64,000 nt of DNA from an uncultured bacterium (lineage in GTDB: Bacteria > Chloroflexota > UBA5177 > JANWHV01): NCBI GenBank assembly GCA_963827235.1, contig CAWHAE010000018.1, forward strand, positions 32,001-96,000, read 5' to 3'. The position numbers and the translations under genes were made by a program. The notes beneath the pieces are model-generated. The model made no database searches and was not told the DNA's origin. It saw nothing but the letters and a program-made list of their open reading frames with translations. Positions 41,394 to 49,046 of this stretch are shown here, piece by piece (position 1 is the first letter of the stretch; each line of letters starts with the position of its first letter).

Positions 41394-41768
41394 ATGAGCG
41401 TGCCGATCGAGGCACTCGAAACGTACACGAGCCCCGATAGGGAGCTCTCAGCCGGCAGTACCCTGGGCAGCGCGAAGCTTTGCCTGGTGCTGAAAGCCAC
41501 GGGCTCCATCGACCGAGTGTACAGCGTCGACTGGGCCGAGAACGCCTTCTGTGCCGATTATGTCGAATCCTCCGTTGCTCGCCGGAGCTTGCTGGGCTTC
41601 GTCGAACAGCAGAAGCCCAGCCGCATGAACGTGGAATTCAGCTCCGCGCTGGCGTGGGCGATCCGCAAGATCCTCGCCATGCCTGCCGGAGCGGGGAGTC
41701 CGCTGGCGCGTGTCCGGGCCCGGCCTGAGCAGGAGCCGCGCACGATCAGCACGGGCCGCGGGCTGTGA
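41394..41768 (+). pseudogene. Probable remnant of a larger (possibly glycoside hydrolase-like) gene
   Basis: Short ORF whose segments (GSTLGSAKLCLVLKATGSIDRVYS; DYVESSVARRSLLGFVEQQKPS...VEF) look like non-adjacent parts of a long protein. Tentative. Confidence 0.3.
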
Positions 41769-43075
41769 GTACGGCGACGGATGCTCTTCAGAACAAGCAG
41801 GAGCACGCCCCAGGGCCTCGCCGCGGCGCGTCAAGCACGGAGCTGTCGGCTATCATTGGTAGGCGCCTGCGGGCGCGCTCCGGCGGCACCGTCGGCCGAA
41901 TTCACGATCTCGTGGCGCGGCTCGGAGACGAGCGGCGGCCGGGAATCGCGGCCATCGTGATCGCCCGCCATCGCAGAAGATGGCGGTTGGAAGCCGGCAG
42001 CGACCTGGATCGAGCGAGCAATCTGGGCGACCTGCGCCTCACGCGCACCGAGCTCAGCCCGGCTCGCCGTGGAGCCGGCGAGATCTTCCTGGCACGCGAC
42101 CTCCTCGACCAGCAGGTGGTCGACGTGCGATCGGCGCGCGTCGTACGGGTCAACGACGTGCTGTTGCAGATCGAGGACTCTGCCTGGACAGTACAGGGAA
42201 TCGACGCCGGTCTGCCTGCGTTGCTGGCCCGCTTGCTGCCGTCGTTTCTCCGCCGCCGGCCCGAGAAACGCAGCGTCATTCCCTGGAGCGACCTCGAGCT
42301 CCTGGCCACGAACATCCCCAACGAGCAGCTTCAGGTCGGTCACACTGGGCTGGCTCGCCTGCACCCGGCCGACATCGCACGGATCGCAGACGCCTTGCCG
42401 CCGCGCCAGGCCACCGAGATCGTGGTCTCGCTCGACGACGGGCTGGCTGCCGACGTGGTGGAGGAGATGGTGGGTGAGCGTCAGGCCGACGTCGTTCTTC
42501 GGCTGGAGAGCTCTCGCGCGGCACAAATCCTTTCGAGCATGGCTCCCGACGCCGCGGCAGACGTGCTGGCAAGGCTGGAGCACGAACGCGTGGAGAGTTT
42601 GCTCAAGCCGATGCCCCAAGCGATTAGCGACAACTTGCACGCCCTTCTGACCTACCCGGCGGATACGGCAGGTGGGATGATGACCACCGATTACGTCTAT
42701 GTGCCTCGCGGTCTCACCGTCGGCGAGGCCGTGTCGTTTCTCCGCCCGCAGATGGAAACTCCCGACTGGGTGTACTACGTCTATGTCGTGGAGGGCGAGC
42801 TCGATCGGCGCCTTCTCGGCGTTCTAACCTTGCGTGACCTCTTTATTGCCGCCGCCGGTCGAACTATCGACGACCTCTTCAAGGCCGCCCCGAGACATGC
42901 CTTCACGAACACACCTGCACGTGAGGTAGCGCGAATGATGTCCGCATACAACTTGGTGGCGCTGCCGGTGACGAGCAATGGCGGTCACCTCCTCGGCATC
43001 GTCAGCGTCGACGACGCGTTTGCCGCGACCCTGCCGGCGGGCCTGCGCCGCCAGCTACCGCGCGTGTTCAGCTAG
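41765..43075 (+). CDS. PRC-barrel + MgtE intracellular N domain + CBS pair protein (no membrane domain)
   Basis: LLDQQVVDV...RVNDV, LHPADIA, MAPDAAADVL, YPADTAGGMMTTDY and YNLVALPV...GIVSVDD motifs. Confidence 0.88.
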   Translation: MSTATDALQNKQEHAPGPRRGASSTELSAIIGRRLRARSGGTVGRIHDLVARLGDERRPGIAAIVIARHRRRWRLEAGSDLDRASNLGDLRLTRTELSPARRGAGEIFLARDLLDQQVVDVRSARVVRVNDVLLQIEDSAWTVQGIDAGLPALLARLLPSFLRRRPEKRSVIPWSDLELLATNIPNEQLQVGHTGLARLHPADIARIADALPPRQATEIVVSLDDGLAADVVEEMVGERQADVVLRLESSRAAQILSSMAPDAAADVLARLEHERVESLLKPMPQAISDNLHALLTYPADTAGGMMTTDYVYVPRGLTVGEAVSFLRPQMETPDWVYYVYVVEGELDRRLLGVLTLRDLFIAAAGRTIDDLFKAAPRHAFTNTPAREVARMMSAYNLVALPVTSNGGHLLGIVSVDDAFAATLPAGLRRQLPRVFS

Positions 43076-44470
43076 GTGGACAGCATGGAGTCGGAGCCAC
43101 GTATGCCCTCGCCGTCCCTCCGGCATGCATCTCGCCCGCACAGCGGAAGCGAGGCGCCGCTCGGTCGCAGGCTCGAGCCGCTGGGCCGGGCGCGCCGCTT
43201 CTCCGCTCGCGTGCGCGTGCCGCGAACGGGCCTGCCGGCCTACCTCGTGGCCCTCGGTCCGGGTCTCATCGCCGCCAACGCCGGAAACGACGCCGGCGGC
43301 ATCGCCACCTATGCTTCGGTCGGCGCCTCCTACGGCTACAGCTTGCTCTGGATGCTGGTCGTGATCACGGTGTCCCTTGGCCTGATCCAGGAAATGTGCG
43401 CGCGTATGGGTGCCGTCACGAACAAGGGGCTGGCGACCCTGATGCGGGAGCGGTTCGACATCCGGCTGGTGGCAGTGGCCATGCTGGCGCTGCTCGTGGC
43501 GAACGGGGGTACCGCCATCTCCGAGTTCGTGGGCATCGGTGCCGCGCTCAGCCTGTTCGGCGTCCCGACGATCGTGGGCGTGCCCGCAGCGGCCGTTCTT
43601 CTCTGGTGGCTCGTCGTTCGCGGCTCGTACAGGCGAGTGGAAATCATCTTTCTCTTGATGACTCTGGCTTTCTTCGCCTATCCGATCTCCGCCTTCCTCG
43701 CGGGCCCGCATTGGGGTGAGGTCGCCCGGCAGACCGTCGTGCCGTCGTTCCGGCTCAGAAGTGGGTACATCTTCACGTTCGTCGCCACGGTCGGTACGAC
43801 CATCACCCCCTACATGCAGATCTACGTGCAGTCGAGCGTGGCGGAGAAGAACGTCTCGGTCCATACGTACCGCTATACTCGACTTGACGCGTACAGCGGT
43901 GCACTCTTCGGCAACCTGGTGGCGGCATTCATCATTATCTGTACGGGCGCCACGCTCTACACGCACCACGTCTCAATCCAGTTCGCCGATGACGCGGCGC
44001 GTGCCCTCTCACCCTTGGTCGGCTCGTACGCGAAGCCGGTCTTCGCCGTCGGCCTGCTGGGTGCCTCCGTGCTGGCCGCGGCCGTACTTCCCCTGGCCAC
44101 GGGCTATTCGCTGTCGGAAGCGATGGGATTGGAGCGCGGCGTGGCCATGCCGTTACGCCAGGCTCCCCTGTTCTGGGGCATCTTCACCGCGCTCGTCGTC
44201 GTCGGCACGGCTGTCGGGGTACTCATACCACGAGGCGCGGTCGTGCACCTGTTGCTGCTGGTCCAGGTAGTGAACGGCGTGCTGTTGCCCGTGCTGTTGG
44301 TCTTCATCATCCGGCTCGTCAACGACCCCGAGGTCATGGGCACCCACACAAATGGCCGCATCTACAACGCGGTGGCGTGGGCAACCGTGGGTGCCGTGGC
44401 AACGCTGTCGCTGCTCATGGTGGCGACGACCGCACTGCCCGCTCTGGGCCTGCATTTCCTTCAGAGCTGA
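43076..44470 (+). CDS. Nramp-related divalent metal (probably Mg2+) transporter
   Basis: GPGLIAANAGNDAGGIATY, QEMCARMGAVT.KGL and GTTITPYMQ motifs. Exact start uncertain. Confidence 0.88.
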   Translation: MDSMESEPRMPSPSLRHASRPHSGSEAPLGRRLEPLGRARRFSARVRVPRTGLPAYLVALGPGLIAANAGNDAGGIATYASVGASYGYSLLWMLVVITVSLGLIQEMCARMGAVTNKGLATLMRERFDIRLVAVAMLALLVANGGTAISEFVGIGAALSLFGVPTIVGVPAAAVLLWWLVVRGSYRRVEIIFLLMTLAFFAYPISAFLAGPHWGEVARQTVVPSFRLRSGYIFTFVATVGTTITPYMQIYVQSSVAEKNVSVHTYRYTRLDAYSGALFGNLVAAFIIICTGATLYTHHVSIQFADDAARALSPLVGSYAKPVFAVGLLGASVLAAAVLPLATGYSLSEAMGLERGVAMPLRQAPLFWGIFTALVVVGTAVGVLIPRGAVVHLLLLVQVVNGVLLPVLLVFIIRLVNDPEVMGTHTNGRIYNAVAWATVGAVATLSLLMVATTALPALGLHFLQS

Positions 44471-44743
44471 GATGCAGACAATTCGCTCTAGGGCGCGCGG
44501 GTGCCTGAACCGACAATCAACGCCGTTCCACCGATCGCTCGCAGAACCGGATCTGCCTAGGCCGGCCCGGCATGGTGGCTCCGTCCTTTGGCGGAAGCGA
44601 CCCAAGCCACCTGATGCCATACTGCATATCGGCGGCAGCCCGATCCTGCGTTCGCCCCGCGCAATTTGCGCCGCGAGCCACCCACCGGAGAGTGCCGGCC
44701 GCCGCGTCAGCGCCACAGGTCAACCTGAAGGAGTGAGATCACA

Positions 44744-44902
44744 ATGATTCGAGCGGTCCTCTTGACGGTCGCCGCCGTGCTCGCGGCGTTCTGGATTGTC
44801 GGTCTGGCGGTGCATCTCCTGGGAGCGGCGATACACGTGTTTATCGTGGCGGCAATCGTCGTCGCCCTTGGTAGCTTCTTGCTCGGCCGCGAAGCAGCAT
44901 AG
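44744..44902 (+). CDS. Small two-helix membrane protein (lmo0937/DUF5670-like), 52 aa
   Basis: Not in the ORF track. GAAGGAG RBS. MIRAVLLTVAAVLAAFWIVGLAVHLLGAAIHVFIVAAIVVALGSFLLGREAA. Confidence 0.75.
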   Translation: MIRAVLLTVAAVLAAFWIVGLAVHLLGAAIHVFIVAAIVVALGSFLLGREAA

Positions 44903-45384
44903 CCCGGCGGCAGAGCTTCGCCGCCGGCCGCCGGGTGGCAGCGCCCGCACGGCGCGGAGTAGCGCGGCGCGGATGTGAAGCCCCGCGATCGCGTGGTATG
45001 TCACGCGGCGGTCAACGCGTGGCGCAGTGCCCCTGCCTTCAATGGGCTGGAAGCCCTGTTCCCCGGCCTCAATCCGGCCGCGACTCGCATTGCTCCTCCC
45101 GACCCTGCCATCCTCACCACGGCTAGTGGTACCGCGCCCCGTCCTAGTTGTCCGCCACGGCTGGAGGCTTCGTTCCACAGGGATCACTGCGTGCGGATTC
45201 GATCGCGTGCAGGGATCAACGCGTCAATTCGCGCCATGCTACCATATCCTGCACGGTGGACGCAGGCACGGACACCACATGCTTATCATGCAGCCTTGCA
45301 TGCGGCTTGCAGTCGCGTGCCCATATCGTTGCTCCTCGCCTTGCCGTTACCGAGATGGTTCTGTAGCTTCGTGGGGAGAAACGC

Positions 45385-47769
45385 GTGCTCCACGCAGACG
45401 ATCAGCGGACTGCTTCAGGCCCACAGCGCCTCGCTGCCTCGCTTTCTTATGTGAGCGAGCTCGTCGCTCTTCTCGACGGCGAAGGCAGTATTGAATATGC
45501 CAGCCCGTCGTACGCGACGTGTCTGGGTCTGCAGCCGGAGGCGCTGCGGGGCACCGATCTGCTCGAGCTCGTTCACCCTGATGACCGGGATCAGGTGCGG
45601 TCGACATGGACAATTCTGCAGGCGCAACCTGCCGAGACGCGCGTCGTCACCGTCCGACAGCACCATGCCGATTCAACCTGGCGCACTTACCGGATCACGC
45701 TGCACAATCGCCTATTCGATCCCCTCCTGCGCGCCATCGTGGCGGTCTCCCAGGATACGACCGGACTCCAGGCAGCACGTGGGCAGGCCGAGGTAGCGAC
45801 CGCTCGCCTGCAGGCGCTACAGTCCGTCACCGACGCGGCCCTGTCCCATCTCAGTCTCGACGCACTGCTTCGCCATGTGCTCGATCGCATCAAAGAGGTG
45901 CTGCGTGTCGACAACGCGGCAATCCTGCTGCTGGACGAAGCAGCGGGAGAGCTCACGGTGCACGTGGCCCGCGGACCGGAGGAGCAGGTGGAAGGTCGGG
46001 TTCGCGTCCCGCTCGGCCAGGGTTTGGCCGGGCAGATAGCGGCGCGCAACGCACCGATGGTGGTGGAGGACCTGGCCGCCGTGCCGGTCGTCAACCGGCT
46101 TCTCCAGGAGCAGCTACGCTCCTTCATGGGCGTGCCCCTGCGCGTCGCGGGTAAGGTGATCGGAGTGCTGCACGCCGCCACTCGCGCACCCTTCCGGTTC
46201 AGCGACGAGGACGTACAGTGGCTGGAGGTGATGGCAGATCGCATCGCGCTGGCCATTCGCCATGCTCAGATCTTTCGCGCCGAGCAGGATGCGCGAGCGG
46301 AGGCAGTAGCCCGTGCCGGCGAGACCGATGCCGTCGTGGAAGCCGTAGCCGACGCGGTCTTCGTGTATGACCTGAACGCCGGGATAGTGCGCGCCAATGC
46401 GGCGGCACGCGGTCTCCTCGGCATCACGAGCCAATCCGACTACGCTCAGCTCCCACTAGCCGAACGTCTTGCGCGGACGAGCACGAGCGACGTGCATGGC
46501 GCTCCGCTGCCTCGCGAGCAGTGGCCGCAGCTGCGCGTCCTGCGTGGCCAGCGGTTCACCGGCGCCGATGCCATGGAGGTGCTGATCCACACGCTCGACG
46601 GTCGCCCCGTGCGCGTCAGCGTGAGCGGCGCTCCCATCCGCGACGCCAAAGGTGACATCGCCGGCGGCGTGCTGGTGCTGCGGGACGTAACCGCTCGCTG
46701 GGACGCGGAGGAGACGGTCCGGCAACAAGCCGCTCTGCTCGCTCTCGCACGGGATGCGATCATCGTGCGTGCTCCCACCGGGGTGATCCTCCGCTGGAAC
46801 GCCGGCGCGGAAGCGCTCTACGGCTGGACCGCTGAAGAGGCATCGGGTAAGGTCACGCACGACCTGCTCCAGACGAGAGTCGTGGGCGCAGACGCAGGCG
46901 TTCGCACGGGAGCCGACGTCGACGCCGTCGTCGTTGCCTGCGGCACCTGGGAAGGCACGCAGGAGCACACGCGGCGCGACGGAGCCAAGCTCACGGTGGA
47001 GAGCCGCCAAGCGCTGCTCCGCGACGACAGCCAGCGGCCGATCGCCATCCTGGAGATCAACCGCGACGTGACGGCGCGGGATGCCTTCCTCGCTGCCGTG
47101 GCACACGACTTGAAGACGCCACTTACGAGCATCCGGGGACATGCCCAGCTTGCCCGCAGGCGCCTAAGCCGCCGGCCGACGGACGTGGCAGCGCTCGAGC
47201 TACCGCTTCTGCAGATCGAACAGGGCACGCGGCACGCTCAGCGCTTGATCGACGAGTTGTCCGACGTGACGCGCGTGCGGTCCGGCGCCACGCTCGAGCT
47301 CGAGCGGCAATCGGCGGATCTGGTGGCCCTCGTGCGTGCCGCCGTGGCACAGCAGGAGGGTATCACCAGGCACCGCATCGAGGTGACTGCCGGCGTGCCC
47401 GAGATCGAGGCGATGGTGGACGTGCCGCGAATCGAGCGCGTGCTCGGTAATCTGCTCTCCAACGCCGTCAAGTATAGCCGGGAAACGTCCAGCATCAGCG
47501 TCGAAATCGACTGCGTGAACGGCGATCGCGGACCGATGGCAGCAATCGTAGTGCGCGACCAGGGAGTCGGCATCCCGGCAGACGACCTGCCCTACATCTT
47601 CGATCGATTCCACCGCGGCGCGAACGTGGTCCGATCGGTGCCCGGCACCGGAGTGGGCCTGGCCAGCGTGAGAACGATCGTCGAGCAGCACGGCGGCACG
47701 ATCAGGGTCGACAGTGCCGAGTCCTCCGGCACCACGTTCACGGTGCTTCTCCCGTTGCAAGCATCTTGA
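45385..47769 (+). CDS. Cytoplasmic PAS-GAF-PAS-PAS sensor histidine kinase
   Basis: VHPDD PAS and GAF domains. H-box AHDLKTPLTSI, N-box NLLSNAVKYS, G-boxes DQGVGI and GTGVGL. Confidence 0.93.
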   Translation: MLHADDQRTASGPQRLAASLSYVSELVALLDGEGSIEYASPSYATCLGLQPEALRGTDLLELVHPDDRDQVRSTWTILQAQPAETRVVTVRQHHADSTWRTYRITLHNRLFDPLLRAIVAVSQDTTGLQAARGQAEVATARLQALQSVTDAALSHLSLDALLRHVLDRIKEVLRVDNAAILLLDEAAGELTVHVARGPEEQVEGRVRVPLGQGLAGQIAARNAPMVVEDLAAVPVVNRLLQEQLRSFMGVPLRVAGKVIGVLHAATRAPFRFSDEDVQWLEVMADRIALAIRHAQIFRAEQDARAEAVARAGETDAVVEAVADAVFVYDLNAGIVRANAAARGLLGITSQSDYAQLPLAERLARTSTSDVHGAPLPREQWPQLRVLRGQRFTGADAMEVLIHTLDGRPVRVSVSGAPIRDAKGDIAGGVLVLRDVTARWDAEETVRQQAALLALARDAIIVRAPTGVILRWNAGAEALYGWTAEEASGKVTHDLLQTRVVGADAGVRTGADVDAVVVACGTWEGTQEHTRRDGAKLTVESRQALLRDDSQRPIAILEINRDVTARDAFLAAVAHDLKTPLTSIRGHAQLARRRLSRRPTDVAALELPLLQIEQGTRHAQRLIDELSDVTRVRSGATLELERQSADLVALVRAAVAQQEGITRHRIEVTAGVPEIEAMVDVPRIERVLGNLLSNAVKYSRETSSISVEIDCVNGDRGPMAAIVVRDQGVGIPADDLPYIFDRFHRGANVVRSVPGTGVGLASVRTIVEQHGGTIRVDSAESSGTTFTVLLPLQAS

Positions 47770-47838
47770 GGGGCCAGACCACCCGGTGATCGTGCGGCCG
47801 TCCCTATCGCCGGTACGATGCCTGCGGTCTTTCTTGCC

Positions 47839-48096
47839 TCAGGTAGTGCTCTTGGCCGCTCCGGCCACCTTCGCCATCGACGACTTGATCGTGGACGGCG
47901 AGCCACCTTGGCGGGTCAGGCAGCCTTCCATCAGCTGCGCGTGACGGCGGGTCTGATCGAGATGCATTCTGAGGCCGGCTTGCAGGTCCGGAAATCGCCC
48001 GGCATCGCCGATGTGCTCCTCGAGCGCGGAAATCAGGCACACCTCCGTGCTGTGCGCATCACTCAGCCAGCTCACAAAGACATCATTACCGTTCAT
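47839..48096 (-). pseudogene. Truncated DUF892/YciE ferritin-like protein
   Basis: GGAGG RBS. WLSDAHSTE...FPDLQAGLRMHLDQTRRHAQLMEGCL...STIK stops at about 85 aa, roughly half of the four-helix bundle. Confidence 0.7.
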
Positions 48097-48549
48097 AAAG
48101 AACCTCCGGCATGCTCCGTATCGATCGCACCGGCTAGCTCTCCGGCTCAGTTCCCAGGGTCGCAGACGTGACGGCTCCTCACATCGCCCGGAATGCTGAG
48201 AGGGTGCTCGCTCCCGGCCTAGCCCCGGCATTAGGCAATGTGGGGGCCGTTACCGGTCAATCAGTCGACGGCGCCATCCGCCCACTCGCTCGCTGGAATG
48301 TGGCCGGCGATTTGCTGCGGCAGCATGTTCTTCCGGGCAAGGGCCGCGAGGTGATCTAGCGTCGAGCGATTCCTTTTCGGCCACGATCTAGTCTTGTTTA
48401 CTCGATCGCAGGCTGCGAATCACGCGGCCCCGAGTCGAGCGTCCGCGGCGTCGATGTTCAGCAGGATGACGCCGTGTACGTGCGTGCCAAGAGCGATATT
48501 CATGCTTCTGCATCTCTGTCCCACTGCCTGTGCTTCGGAACCGGGCTGC

Positions 48550-48708
48550 CTAGAGCGCACCGACGAAGAACAACACCAGCATGATCACGAGGAGCAGCCC
48601 AAGGGGCGAGAAGCTCCAGTAGCCGTACCCGGGCTGCGAATAGCCCCATCCGCCGCCGATCAGCGAGAACACGGCCAGGACGATCAGGATCAACAACAGT
48701 GCCGACAT
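48550..48708 (-). CDS. Small membrane protein (DUF3309-like), 52 aa
   Basis: Not in the ORF track. AAAGGA RBS. MSALLLILIVLAVFSLIGGGWGYSQPGYGYWSFSPLGLLLVIMLVLFFVGAL. Confidence 0.75.
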   Translation of the reverse strand: MSALLLILIVLAVFSLIGGGWGYSQPGYGYWSFSPLGLLLVIMLVLFFVGAL

Positions 48709-49046
48709 AGGAGTCATCCTTTCTCAACGTGTCACGGGAACCGGCCGACTCCCCTATAAGCCGGGGATTCAGGGTGCCGCCGGCTCCAGCGACAGATCCA
48801 GTGTCGCGCACCGAGCAGCCTTCGCCGTCCGCCATTCGGCTGGAGTGCGCCGCGAGACAGCGTTAGGTCATTTGGGCGTTCCGTCCTGAATCGCACACGC
48901 CGATCTCGCGTCGTTTGTCGAGCGCGTCTCGAGGCAAGGTGCCCGCTTCGACGCTAATACGAAGCGCCGATCGGTCGGAGGAAGCGCAGCGATAGCTTTC
49001 ACGCGTTTGGAGAGCGTGCCAGGAAGGAAAGGCAATGCCGGCAGAT

